Assembly: GCA_973895155.1 (NCBI GenBank)
Contig: OZ316891.1
Coordinates: 7,743,808-7,807,807, forward strand
Length of the DNA stretch: 64,000 nucleotides
Reading direction: 5' to 3'
From: Marsupella aquatica
Taxonomy: Eukaryota > Plantae > Marchantiophyta
Made by a program: the position numbers and the translations under genes
Shown: positions 48,886 to 62,560 of the stretch, piece by piece
Numbering within the stretch: position 1 is the first letter of the stretch
Layout of the letters: every line of letters begins with the position of its first letter
The notes under the pieces: generated by a model
Told to the model about the DNA's origin: nothing
The model's database searches: none
What the model saw: only the letters and a program-made list of their open reading frames with translations

Positions 48886-51800
48886 ATGGAGGGCACCGGT
48901 ATGGATTTGCTTATCATGAAGGAGCCCATTTCAAGGCTACAAGCTGTTGAGGATGCAGCAGTTCAAGCTCTTGACTTTGGTGATCATGATCGGGCTTTAT
49001 TCTTGCGCATGCAGGTATAGTAGAAAGATTAAAAAATTCATCACTTTAGGGGCCTCTCAAGCAGATTCATTTCCTGTTTCCTTCACAAAATCAAGGCTCA
49101 ACAGCCATACATTCATAGGCAGTGTGACTATCATAGCCATTGTTCACCTCGCTTTGCTGCTCAAGAACCTCACTATTACGAAGATGTTAGTTTTAAATTG
49201 GAATGGACCAAACACTGCTTCATCAAATTTAATTGGTCACATCCTCACCTCACAATTCATTGACAGCCATAATTCTATGAGAGATAGATTTGAGACCCTT
49301 CAATTTGAAATTTTGCATGCACTCAAATGGTACCATTTGATTTCTAGGATGAAACGGGTGATTGTTTAACCCTTTTGGAGTCAAAACTAGTAAAACTGTG
49401 GTGTTAATGGAGGCTTAACAAAGGACTACTATAGAGGATGAGGACATGTAATGCAACAACTTTTAGGGTTCATCAATGTTGGCAAGTCAATTTTGGCACG
49501 CTGTGCATGCTGCCATATTTTTAATAAATAAGATCCCATGAGAGCAAACTCACTAAAAGATATTCATGGCTGCATGGAAGTGGTCCATCTAACATTCAAG
49601 CATTTTGCTTTCAAGGCATTGGCATTGGCTAAGCTTTGTATGGACGACCCTAATGTTGCGGAGAAAGACACAATTTTGGCAAAGGCGCATCTTCAACTAA
49701 GTGCTACATACCTTTCCATGGTATGCTATCTATTTCAACCTACCATGTGTCCTGTCCATTCAAAACATTGGCTGCTTAGGTCAAGTTCTGCTAGAAATCT
49801 GTAATACCATAACCTGGAAACAAATCTAGAAATGCCTAGAACCTTGCAATCATTGCAGGCTCCCCAAACCAAAGTTAGGAACATGATGCAATGTTAAACC
49901 TCATTCAAGTTGTAAACCTACAAAATACTAGTAGGCATTTTGCTTCACTATTTTTTGAGCACTGAAGTTGGCTCATTCATTGTGAGTGGGTTGCAGGGGT
50001 TTGGAGACCAGGCATATTGGCATGCACAAAGGGTGGGTGTTGCACAAACTTCTAATGTGCCTCCACACGGCCCTAAACAATCTGTGATACCATATATGCT
50101 TGCAACATGAATAGCAGAAATGCATGGTTAGCCTGACATCCAATTTCCTCCTACCTCTGGAAGCTTTGCCATTATCCTGGTCAACTCCCCCCCCCAACCA
50201 CCACCAAAAAAAGAGAAAACAAAAAAACCCACAAAAACTTACCAAGTTTGCCCCCCCCCCCCCCCCTTCCCCGATATTCAAGGGAACCCTCACTTAATAG
50301 ATTGGTCCAAGTCTCTGTTGAAGGTTGCGTATTGTAGGTTTTGGTCCTTTCTAGATGTAAATGGTGATGAGTAGATAGATTACGATCACATTTTGAAATG
50401 ATTTTTCATAGGTATTGCCAAATACTGCCAAAAGTTTATCATAGTTGGCATTTTTTGAATGACATTATAAGTAATTGACCAAAGTTGTCAAACTGTGGCA
50501 GGCCATGGATTCTGGTGATCCAAGAAGAAGTGGGGGTGTTACCGTTGGAAACAATATCTTGCTTGTGTCAATTCTGCTTGCACTTGCCAAAGCAATGCTG
50601 ATGCGTATGCCCCTGAACAGACACATTGGTCTTGAATTCTCTGCACATCTCACTTCACACAAGTGGATAAGGCCCCGACAAAATTTTTATATGAGATTAG
50701 AACCCAAACCAAGCCATCCACGAGCCTGGGTTTTTGCTGGAAAACACTCATGCATCTTCCCGAGGGTTATTAGGGGTTAGTGTTGCAAGCTTTTATTCAT
50801 GCTCCATCTCACAGTTATCCATAGTTTGGCTCAATCGATCAACTAGAACGCTAAGTCAAATGGTCAACCCAAACAACGGTGATTGTCACCTAATCTAAGC
50901 CAATTATTTAGCCCACTCTACCTTTAAAAATGTCACATCTATCCCACATCCATTCAAGAAATGGCTTATATATCTTGAATTGGTTCTTGGGTAGAATCAC
51001 TTCTATCTTCAGTTGTAGGGGACTGCAACCTTTTTCAAGTTTTCCAACATGAACCACAGGCAGAGGCAGAGGCAGAGAGAAGGGGGGGGGGGGGGAGGCG
51101 GGGCAGAATGGCCAGTGGGGTTGGTCCCAAGTTTTGTTACTCCATGATTTTTTCTCCTTAAGTTTTTGAAAGCGGCAAGCCTGGTGACTTACAGTAAAGT
51201 AGGTGTGAGGCTTATCATCAGATTTGCCTTAGTTTTCTTTAAGATGCTTGTCACATGAGTTTATGATCATATTTGCTTCTATTGTTGTAAAAAATTGATC
51301 ATGCTCACCTGGGTTTTCTAATGTATTTCATTCCAAACCATGTATAGGAGCGGATGCAAGATGCCAAAGCTACTTAACAAGGGCACTTCAAATAAATACA
51401 GATCTCACAAGTGATATTGTAATTCCCCTTAAACATCCTTAAGTCTGAAAAGTATTATTCTTTATAGATACATGCATTGCAGCAAATAGTACCAAACCAT
51501 TCAAAACATAATGAAATACCCAAAATTGAAAAAGAAAAAGAAAATGCAAAGCCAAGACAACTAGGGAAAGTTTACAGATAAGAAAATTCTGATGTTCAAA
51601 TTTATTTACCTATTTGAGATTAATTTTGATGTACAAATTTCTACCATGATCTTTAAACTTTATCTCTAGAAATGATGTCAGGTGGATCTTTCACCCCTCA
51701 AAACAATGTAACCTCTTAATGAGACATGACATTGTTAGATAAAATAATTCTTACGCTTCCTGCTGCCCAAGAAGTAATTCTTACATATAAAAAGCCTGGA

Positions 51801-54408
51801 TGAAGAAAAGCCCTATCCAATGAAAATGGTAGGGCATAGGGGTACAACACATGAACTCACATACATTGTGGGGCTAGGATGGGGAAGGGAGTAGCCTTAG
51901 ATTGAAGCAAAGATACATAGAAGAAAACTCTAGAACCCAATGCTGCATTTTACTAGCACTACAGAAGGAGAAAAAATTAAAAATTAAATTCTTGATATGC
52001 TCTTTGGCTAACTTTCCAAAATATACACTTATTGTATTCCCTGTCAATAAATAACTCATTTTGCATACAGGACCCATCTAATGCTGTCATACATGAAGCA
52101 TTTGGAGACCTCTTTGTTTTTGCAAAAGACAGTGGTGCACCAATGATAGAAAATGATACCCAAGGAATGAAAAGATCCAACAAAAGGCACTCTGGAGGCA
52201 AGTCTCCAAAATCACCAAAAACTCCTACAAGCCCTACAAATAGTCTCCAAGTTGGAGCTATGGATGAGACCAACCAGGATTTCTATGAAAGGGGTTTGTC
52301 ATACTTTGACAAGGTTCTCTTTCTTTTGCTATTCATAATACATGAATGCAATTCTTTGGTGTCTCAAACTCTTTCATATACAGACAGTGCTACTACAAAA
52401 TTCTATATTATGTTCATATCAAAAGGGCTTTATCAACACTTCTCTTGACATCACTAGGGGTTGTCAGGAGAAAACATTGTAGATGATGTAGTGATATATA
52501 TATTTTTGGAGAGTCGCAGGCATGGGAGCTTATCAACAAGTCAGTTAATGGAACAGTCAAAAGAAGTGGAAAGAAGGTGACTGTCCATCCTGCCCTTGCA
52601 CAACTCTACGGCAAAATTGCTAAGGTAAGTCTTCCTACTTTTCACATAATATCTTATGGTGGAGGAGGTGGATCTTGAAGCTTAATCCATTCTGTTGTTC
52701 ATTCTCCCCTTGACATAAGATTGTCCTAAAATAGAAGAACTTGCAAATGTCTTGCACAAGCCTTCTTCTCTTATTGGCATCAAAGATGACATATATGCTC
52801 AGAAGAAGAAACTGTTGGGTTCCTTGAATGATTTTGCAGACCAAAACTAAACAAGGTCATGATGACGAAGCAGCCGACTTGTATGAGAAAGCCATTAGTT
52901 CACATGAAAAAGCCACTGTACCAAATGGCTCTGCAGTTGCTCATTTAAATTATGAGCTGGGTTGTACATATCATAGGCTGAAGGTATACAAACAGATTTT
53001 GTTTTGTGTGAAACTTCTTGAATATTTTCCAGATTCACAATGGACTTTCTGATTTCCAATTACCCAAAGTTGAAATTGATCTCCCATCTAAAGTACGCCT
53101 TGGGCATGATGTAGAAGTACAGCGACGCAATGTCATCGCTTGATAAAGCCTCAAAGTTTTGTGATGAGCAAAAGGATATTGGAAGGAGTGACCCACTTGC
53201 TCTAGTCATACAAAAAGAACAAGGAATCACCATGTATGATAAACGTGACTATGAAAAGGCGAGGGGCATATTTGAGGAGCTCCTACAACTTCAGCACAAG
53301 GAGTATGGTGGTGGCAGCGTAATGGTGGCCGAGGTGACCCACTCTTAATTCAAATCCACAAGTGACTTCTTGAAAGTTAATTATATTGAAAATCTAGAAA
53401 TCTTTCATCTCCAGAATATTCAAAATTTTAATTTGTTCTTAAATTCCACAAACAAATCTATGGGGATCCTTTCATAATCTTTTATATTGTCTTTTGTCAC
53501 CAACCCCATTCATTCAAGAAATTTTGTTAATTGTGCTAGGGAGAGCCTGTATTGGGTTTAGTCTAGCCTATTTCCAATGCATCTGGAAAAGGTTGCATTT
53601 GTGGCTTTTTTTTCCATTTTTCGTGACCAGGTCATTTCCCCCTTTTATTTGTCACTCACAAATGGTTTCAAGATAGGTTTTTTCTTTGAAAAGAGATCAA
53701 ACATCTAAGTGGTACTGGAGATTGACAATTCAATAAAATCTGATAAATTGAATCCGAGATACATCAAATGGACTGTTCTACAAGCAAATGAAACTCTTAT
53801 AGTGCGAAGAATACATATTTACAAAAAAAAACCAAATATAAAACAGGAAACACTTAGTTCCAGCAGAGTTAAACATTCTCAAAGCCTATTCATTCAGAGA
53901 TATTATTGGTCTTTGAAAATAATATATTTATGTGGTATCGTGTAAGAATTATGGAGAGTCAGATTAAGCTTATGAAAAGAGATCTCATGCAAAACAAGGC
54001 ACCAAGACTATCTAATTGGCAGTTCAAGGTCTGTAAATCCATGTTAGACAGTTTGTCATTTCTACAAAATAAGATATAGGTTCAAGATATTGAATATGAA
54101 ACTGAGTAAGCTACTGTAACTATCTGAAATATTTGCTTAAAGTAAAAGTTTAATCATCTAAATGACAAAATGGATGCGGGACGTGGCAGTGGAAGCTAAC
54201 ATAATTGGTTGTCTTGGCCCTACAGACACTAAAGTATCTGGGAGATTGTGCAATTGGCGTAAAGGATACCTCAGAGGCTTGCCATCGTTATAATCGTGCA
54301 ATTCACATAATGAAAAGAAAATATGGTCCTCATGATCCCAATGTCAGGGAATTAGTTGCTTACATTCGTCAACTTAACCTAGAAGATGATGATCAGAGTG
54401 GGGAATAA
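48886..54408 (+). CDS. Tetratricopeptide-repeat protein, TTC23-like; 10 exons (48886-49014, 49616-49720, 49997-50032, 50502-50604, 51348-51418, 52071-52313, 52520-52624, 52840-52983, 53115-53333, 54226-54408), 445 aa
   Basis: All junctions are GT-AG and phase-compatible (1338 nt total). QALALAKLC..ILAKAHLQLSATYLSMGFGDQAYWHAQRA and C-terminal EYGGGSVMVAETLKYLG..RKYGPHDP resemble TTC23. Additional 5' exons cannot be excluded. Confidence 0.8.
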
Positions 54409-54882
54409 ATAAAATATGTTACTTACTGATCATTAATATCTGTTGTAATGAAGAGTATACTTTCATTCAATTTCCAGATCATTAGATTGAACCAATTTGC
54501 ATCCGCATACCATTGTTTCATGAGAAATCGTAAATTAACCAAACTTAATTATCCCCAATCCGGCGCCCAGTTTCAAGGCCATAAACTTCATTGCACCTTC
54601 AACCAGACCTACAAAAACTAAAAATCCAAGAAAAGAACCTGAAACCATCAACTCCAATCTCCATAAACAGCCATTTAAAGGATAAGTTGACCAAAATAAG
54701 CACCAACAGGTAATTATGCTAGATTGTAATATTGAAAATGAAAACTAACTTCCAGAGCATCCAAGGTTCAAATTCAGTGTCTAGGATTTGGCACATTTAT
54801 ACACTTGCCTCAGTCTTTAATTCCCTTGGAGTTGTGCTGGACAACCTTAGAGTATATAGCACGTTCATCCTAATAAGACTTA

Positions 54883-55021
54883 TCCAAAGAATTGAAACAA
54901 TCATTATAAGAGTTCAAGTGAGGAGACACCTATTTTGACTCATCCAAAAGAATTGAAACAATCATTACAAGAGTTCATGTGAGGAGACACCTATTTTGAT
55001 TACAAGAGTTCATGTGAGGAG
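54883..55021. repeat. ~61-bp tandem repeat, about 2.3 copies
   Basis: TCCAAAGAATTGAAACAATCATTAxAAGAGTTCAxGTGAGGAGACACCTATTTTGA x2 plus a partial copy. Confidence 0.9.
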
Positions 55022-56057
55022 TCATTTTAATTTGACTAGTTTATGAAATAGTATTGAAATAACTTTTTAAATGTGAGAGAGGTGTAGTACTTTTTGGTTG
55101 AGACAAGTGCATTAATGTGAATGTACTAGTCAATGTATGAGTACAATACTTTGTGATCCACAGATAAGTACCTTAACTTGCTCCATTTTAATTCTCATCT
55201 ATTTGGAGAGGCTCTCTATTGAAGTGCCACATGTTGATCCATAAACCATCAATATTGTATACTTTATAACCAATGGAACTATAAGCTGCACTGGATCAAT
55301 AAATAGAGTCCTAGTTGCCTGGTTGAAGTGTCTTAGTTTCTCATGCAAGTAAAGAAAAATTACTTAAAATAATAAATAAAGTATAGGGAACTTAATTAAA
55401 ATTAAGGAAATGACAAAAAATTAAGGGGCTGGTAGAAATGACTAAATTCTTAATAATAGATGGCAAAAGCATAGATTAGATTGGATTAACATAAAATACA
55501 TTGCAAGCAATTGAATAAGACAAGATAGCCAAAGAGTGTCCTGCCATATAGCAGCCTCATAGAGGATATGGCAGCTTGTTTTCAATACCAGTGTCTATCT
55601 CGGGTCAGGAGTGTGAGGACACACATTTTCATGTCCACCTCTTTTTATTGCAAATTTTTTGCTGACCACTATGGAAGGCAGAAAGGAGAGATTTGGGGCA
55701 CTGTTGTGACCACAAACCTTTGGTCACTGGCCCGGTATATATTGGGGTAGTGTTGGATAACCTTACTTAGATGCTATGGGAGTTCTGTTTCACTGTTTAG
55801 GACTAGAGCAGAGAATGCATAGTCGACAAATGACATCTGGCAAATAACGACGACGAAAGAGAGTGAGAGAGAGAAAACAGTGAATTTTGAGAACCAGCGA
55901 GATCGAGAGAGAAAAAGAGTGACAGAGAAGGTGAAGAGTTTCGGACATCCAAGAAGTATTCCTCCATAAATCGTCGAAGGAATTCCTGTAATCACCCAAG
56001 AGCGGTCCCTTCTTCCGATTCCTCATCCACTTCACTTCAAATTGAACTGAGAGAAAT

Positions 56058-56103
56058 GCAGAGCTGAGCAGAGCAGAGCAGAGAAGAGTAGAGAAGAGCA
56101 GAG
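56058..56103. repeat. (GCAGA)n-like pentamer repeat in a GA-rich leader
   Basis: GCAGAGCTGAGCAGAGCAGAGCAGAGAAGAG seen directly. Confidence 0.7.
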
Positions 56104-56481
56104 CCACGAAGGAAAGTGGAATTTCTAAGGAGGGAAATTTTTCCTTTGAGCTGTAGAGTAGTGTTGGATCGATGCCGTCTCTCGGTGGCCTCGAGGTCTC
56201 GTCGTGCGCTCCTCTAGTTGCGTGCCTCGATTCGATGGGACTGCTCTGCGATGAATGAGGTTTCTGGAAGCTGCAGAAATCGAACAATAGAGTTGTTGAT
56301 CGAGATCGTTGTTGTCGCTGCTGCTGCTTTGAGAAGAGGCTGAAGTGATGCAGCAGTCCGGAAGGGATGAGAGGGCGGTAACCGGAGACGCAATTGGGAC
56401 AGGAAAGGAGGAAAGGGCTTTAGAAATGCGCACCAGGGGATGACGCGCGCTTCGGTGCAAGATATGTTATGTTATTGAGCA

Positions 56482-59400
56482 ATGGAACCGGCCGGCGAGA
56501 TGGCGCGCTGGTGGCGCGGCCCAGGATTTCTGGCTGTGGCGATTTGCTGCATCTGCTGGGGCTCTCTGATGACCAAGGGGTGTCGCGTATGGGCCACTCC
56601 ACAGGAAGGTGGATATGCTGAAGGTCAACAGCAGTCGGCGGTCAAATGGGTTCAGCTCACGAGAGACAATTTCACCTCTGAGCTCAAAGAGCATGAGTTC
56701 TCACTCTGTGTTGCCGCACTGCCTTGTAAGTTTCAGTTCCGTCCTCATCTCACCTCACCTCACCTCACCTCACGAATCCTCTTCCGATAATGCCCCAGAA
56801 AGCTTTGCTGTTGTTTGAGCGACTGGGTCAGATGAAGATGGGATGGCTATTGGCTTGCTGACATTTTGCCGGTTGCTCTCATTTGATTGTTTTGGCAGGG
56901 TGCGGTGAATCGAAAAGTTTGATGAAAGGCATTCGGAAAGTAGTCGAGGAGGATCCTCATTCTTTTCCTGGCTTACAGCTATTTTTTGTGCATACTAATA
57001 AGGATGGATTACTAGGACAGGCAATCTTAGGTGATTCAATCCCTCCTTCCTTCACACTATTCAGACATGGCACTCCCTATAAATATAGTGGAAGGCGGAG
57101 TACCTCATCTATTATGGCATCTATCCGGCAGGGCATGACTGACTTACGGTCTGATTCGGTGCTTTGGCGCATAGAATCGCCTCAGGATCTGGAAATTTTC
57201 GTGGATTCAACAGATAAGGCGGTTGTTTTATTTGAATTTTGCGGATGGGAAAGGAAGCTTCAACAGAAGCAGCGGAAGACCAGTATCACAGATGATGTTG
57301 AAAGTGTACATAGTGACGAAATATTCAACGATAGTGAAATCCCTAGAAAAGGTGAAACGAAGAAGAATGAGGCACCAGAGCCTAGCACCTTAGTTGGAGT
57401 AGACAAATCCTCTTCCAAAGGAAAGGATAGTTCGTTTGGAATGCAAAGTGGAGAAGAACAAACGAAGACAGAACCACTCATTCAAGACATTAGACATAAA
57501 GATCATCTGCCCGCGTTTGATGCAAGCTTAGGCAAGGAAGCAGTGCAGAAATCGGAGAGAAGAGTAGGTGATGACTTAGATGATGCTGCGGTTTGCATGA
57601 ACCAAAATGCTTTGTACAGTATTCTTGGGAATACTTTTCCAAACCTTGATCATGCCATATCGACAGACACAAATCCGGTTGACAATTTGGAAACCGCTGA
57701 AGTCAAGGACGTGAAAATTGACGAAGTAAATAAGGACCAGCTATTATGTACCAGTGAAGAATATGAAACATTCGAAGTCGTCTACGGTAACGTAAGCAAT
57801 TTGGCAGCCGATAGTATTCTGACTCCACAGAGACTCCGTTTTGCAACTGCAACAAACGAGGAGATCGCTTCACATGTCGGCATCTCCACCCAAGGTCGAT
57901 CATGGTTTCTAATGTACCTTATTCATGACTTTGATCATCTTCCTTACTCTTTTAATGGTTTGGGAACGGTGGAAGATTTTCTTTTCGATCATGAACCTCC
58001 CCTGCTGTTTGAGGTAATTTACTCTTTGTTGCGAACGATTTTGGGCACTTTCAGCTTTTCACTCTTTTCTCTCTCTATGTTGTCTGCAAAATAGTGGACC
58101 TAAAGGAGGAATTTGGTAGTCCAATTCATCCATTGTTTTAAAAGTTGGTTTACATTCTAAAACGAAGGTGCCTGCACTGATCTTAGCAATAAACTAGATA
58201 AGGTGGTACGAGGACTCGAGCTGAAAAGCTGGTTATGGCACAGTTAAAGTTTCTTTATTTGAGGTTAGCGGGCAGGTTAGTATGTTTGAACGAGTTTGTC
58301 AGACCTCACAATCTAGTTTCCAGAGCTGCTCTATGATATAGTGGTTTTTGTCTCTATCTGATGCAGTTGGAAGGTGAAGGACATAATTCTGCATCTTCTG
58401 CCCTGTTGAATGATACGCCATCTGTGATTCTCTTTATTGATAGGATGTCGAATTCGCCAGATGTCCGTGAGAAGAGCAAAGCAGCTCTTCACGCCCTTCA
58501 AGAATTGTCTTACCATTACGCGTCCCTAGAGAATGATAGAGGACAAAATGGGAGACAGCGAAGGATGCATAATGTGCAAAAGAAACCAATCGCTGAGGTG
58601 AAGGAGAAAGTCGCAGCCGTTCTGCTAGAAGAACAAGGAACTGCCAACCTGCATACAGGGCGTTTACGACAAGCTGATGGAAATTTTGTCTTTCAGCTGC
58701 TAACAGATCAACATCAGTTGAATAAGATTAGTGGACAGCACGCACTTCTTGGGAATCGAGATTTTCTCCTTTCAAAATTGTCTCAGCTGAAGCTCCTCGA
58801 AGAGAAGGTCAGGCAAAGTCTTGCTGCTGGAGCTGATTCTTGGTTATTACCAATTCAAGTATCTCATGATCAACTACAATCAGACAATCAGCCAGATAAA
58901 ATTCTGGGACATCGTTGTGACGAAGATCTTCCAAATCATTGTACACTATCTAACGAACAGATGAATCTAGAGGTCGATGATGGTTTAGGAAGTAACGCAG
59001 AGAATTATGCAGTTGACATGGACGGAGAAGAACACCATGAATCTATGACGGAGACGGCTGACGTTGGGAAGGACGAAGGAAAAACATCTTCTTCAGAACT
59101 CTCAGACAGCGGAAGGTTGTTGTTACTTCCGGAGGTAGAAAATGGCGGAAGTTCAGTATCTAGTGATGAAGGGAAATCCAGTACTTCTCAGAGGGAGGCT
59201 GATAGGAAGCTCACTAATGAGGAAGATATTCAGCATTTTGCGGTAGACGAAGATAATGAGTCAAGCACCTATCGTAATGAGTTGGCCTTCTACTTTATAG
59301 ATGGAGAAGACCCCATGAAGGAGAAGTTAGCCAGGGGTAAAGAAATTCCCGCATTTGTGATAATTGATCCTGAAAGGCAGGCCCATTACAGCTTCCCCTC

Positions 59401-61478
59401 AGACATTGTTCTCAATTTGACGACATTGTCAAGCTTTGTGGATTCGTTTTTGTCCGGTAAGCTAAGACGAACAATTTTTTCAGAACCAGAACGTCCTCCC
59501 CCTCGCCAACCACCCAGGCCACCATTTGTGAATCAAGATTTTCATGAAATGTATCCTGTTCCTCGAGTAACAGTCGATTCTTTTCTGGAGCTGGTCGAAG
59601 GAGTTGGTAAGGCAGATGAAAAGTGCAATCAATATACGCTGCATCAAAGTGGACGGGAAGAAAGTGACGAGAACGGAGGCAATCTGACAGAATCTGTTTG
59701 GGACAAGGATGTGCTAGTGCTTTTCACCACTCCATGGTGTGGATTTTGCAAAAGAATGGAACTTGTTATGCGAGAGGTCTATCGTTCTCTTCAACTCGTC
59801 AAAAGCCGTGAGAATCCATCAAATGGGGATATCAACAATTCTGACGACCAGCAGAACTTGAATGATCCAACAGCTTCTAGGCCATCTCGATTTGCAGGTA
59901 CAGGTTCAACTATAATAAGATTTGACTGAATCTGCAATATGTCTTGGCTTCTGGAACAACGAGTACTGGTGGCGTGTTCATAGTCTTTGTGATGGAGTAA
60001 GGCAACTACCTAACATATTATATATTTCTTTCAGGTGGTGATTTGACGGTGAAGAAAGGTGTTCAAACTAGAAGAATGGACGCAGCGGTTCGTGAGCCTG
60101 TCCTACTCCAAATGGACTGTACAATGAATGACTGCAGTAACTATCTTGGGCAAATTTTGGAGGTACCTCGCCAACTCTTCTAGATTGTGCCAAGCCAAGT
60201 GTATGCTTTACTTGTCTGCAAACTAGGTGGTTTATGTTCCAAACAGCAGCCTACCCGTCCGCTTCTCTTTGCCGGAATCGAGGACTAAACCTGCTCTCAG
60301 CTCTTTCCTAATCGTTTCCTGAAATATTGATTTCTCTGTGTCTCTGACTTAGCTGCTTCAGTTCTCGATTGAAATCGATAAAGAGGTTGAGAGTTTCATC
60401 CTTCAAATATTGTGTTGACCAGTCTCTTGTAATATTTCAGGAGGAGACTTATCCAGCTGTTGTCTTGTTCCCCGCTAGGAACAAATTCTCACCAGTAATT
60501 TATAGTGGTGCACCAACGGTTCGGGGAATTCATAATTTTTTGAATGTACATGGCGCTGCAACAACTTCCGCTGAAAAGCGCGAAGGTAATGCCTTCAACC
60601 GCGTTCCTGAAAGGAAGCAGATGTGTGTTTGGCTTTTTATATGATTTAGACGTACTAATCTTCGCATTAAACTCAAGATCTGGCTTTCAAACTTAATGGA
60701 GTACCCCGTCAAAGCCTCTTGATAAAGATTGTAGTTCTCTTCGCATTATCCCTTCCCTTCATTCTTACCCGGACAATTCCTTGATTTTACAGGGAACTCT
60801 CCCAATGAGAATCTGGTCATCCGTGAAGGTAAGGTATGCACTACCGCAGACGATGTAACATGTGATACAGTTGTGGGCTCAACTGCTATCAAGATTGGAT
60901 CAGGCCCTGGGAGAGGATCAAAGCACGAGGCAGCAACACTTCTTTGGGAGCTTAATTCCAGACACATGGACTTTGACAAACTTACAGAAGTTGGATCCCT
61001 CTTACTTGCATCTGAGAAGCTGCTGGATGCGTCACCAGTTTTTGAGAATTCAATAATACTGATTATAAGTTCAAACCAACAAGGTATGGTGCATGGTTTG
61101 ATAGTGAATAAGCCTATGGTTTGGAAAAATGTGGTTGGGTTAGATGTTAGGATGGAGGAACTACTGAACTCTGCAGCACTTGGATATGGTGGTCCAGTTG
61201 TGGACAGCCAGAGACCATTTCTTGTTCTTACTCATTTACGGGGCTTAGAGGAGTTTACAGAGGTTGTACCTGGGATTTTTTGTGGATTTGTTCCATCGAA
61301 AGGTAGAATCCTGGAGATGATCCACACTGGTAGATTAGCTGCAAAGGATTTTTGGTTCTTCTTAGGTCATTCGTCCTGGACTTGGCGTCAGCTTCAAAGC
61401 GAGCTAACGGGGGACCTGTGGCAAATAAGGCCTTTCTCAGATGACCTAGTCAAATGGCCAATACAATGGACAACATGA
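56482..61478 (+). CDS. Thioredoxin-fold + DUF179/AlgH-domain protein (Arabidopsis At3g19780-like); exons 56482-56725, 56899-58013, 58367-59897, 60035-60162, 60441-60585, 60793-61478
   Basis: Hydrophobic N-terminus; WVQLTRDNF..LPWCGESKSLM; STDKAVVLFEFCGW; RPPFVNQDFHE; DVLVLFTTPWCGFCKRMELV; MDCTMNDC; YPAVVLFPA. C-terminal GSLLLASEKL..FENSIILI..GLIVNKP..GGPV..FWFFLGHSSWTWRQLQSEL is DUF179-like. Splice phases are consistent. Confidence 0.9.
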
Positions 61479-62272
61479 AATTTTACGGGTCTTGAACTTG
61501 ATGCAACAGATCGATGGTCCATGCATAGGTAAGTCAGGAAGAAGCACGACCACTGGGCCTCCAGCCACCAACTTTTGTTTCTGGTTTAGGAAAAAATACG
61601 AGCCACATTGATTTCTGTAGCATTGCAGGAATAGTCTCTGTTCTCCACCGTTGTTGCATGTACTGACGTATTGCAATCCTTTATTCATTTACGTCCAAGG
61701 TCTTGTTTGTGCCAGTGTATAAAGGAATGGACCTTCTTTACCTATGACAGTTTCCACACCTCCAATTAGCAACGTCAAAGGGTAGGCTCTCTGGGTCTAC
61801 AAGTGCCTTCCCAGTGTACGAAAGTAGATGAGACTGAGCTTCCGCATCCTGCTAAAGAGACTGAGTTTTAAGCTTTCCCCAGCTCACGAGAGATGATCCC
61901 CGAGATTATTTGCAAGCCCCTAATTGTGCCATGCTATCTTGTTTTCCGATTATTTTCCCTAATTGTCTGCTGCTGTATTGCAAATCGTCACGTCAGAACG
62001 TCTTTGAGACGAATCAATCTGAAACTCGATTTGGTTTCATTCATAGCTAGATAAATCCCACATTCATCCATGACCATCACGGTGGAGCGTTTGCGGTTTG
62101 CAGAGCTAACACCTCTAGGAATGCAAATTCGGATTGGTCTGGGAGGACAATCTGGGAGGAATCAGGAGAGAAAAAAAACAATACCAAATCTTTGGGTCAA
62201 CCCTACCCTCAGATCTCTGGCCTTTAGATCCTGGATGAGACAGCACCTCATGTCTCGAGGTTTGCTCATGCT

Positions 62273-62560
62273 CATGTCTGTCGTGTGATGAACAATGCAC
62301 TCACCATAGAAGGTGAAACCCAGCTCTAGTCCTAGTGAAGTTGAATGTGCACTTTATAATGAGAGCCTCACTGTTGCCCATGTCTGTCGTGTGGTGAACA
62401 ATGTACTCCACCATAATGGTGAAGTGCAAGTACATTCCACAATGTGCTCACCATAAAAAGTGAAACCCAGGTCTATTCCTAGTGCAACTGAATGTGCACT
62501 TTATAATGAGAGCCACACTCGCTCATGTCGGTTGTGTGTTGAGCGATGTACTCACCAGAA
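62273..62560. repeat. ~105-145-bp degenerate tandem repeat (about 2.5 copies); a short duplication follows at 62649-62719
   Basis: CATGTCTGTCGTGTGxTGAACAATGxACTC and GTGAAACCCAG..CCTAGTG..TGAATGTGCACTTTATAATGAGAGCC are repeated. ATTGGAGAGGCAGAAAGCTCACATT occurs twice. Confidence 0.85.

Noticed and set aside
55774-56694. Minus-strand ORFs upstream of and overlapping the thioredoxin/DUF179 gene
   Set aside because: Derived from the GA-repeat-rich 5' leader and antisense of exon 1.
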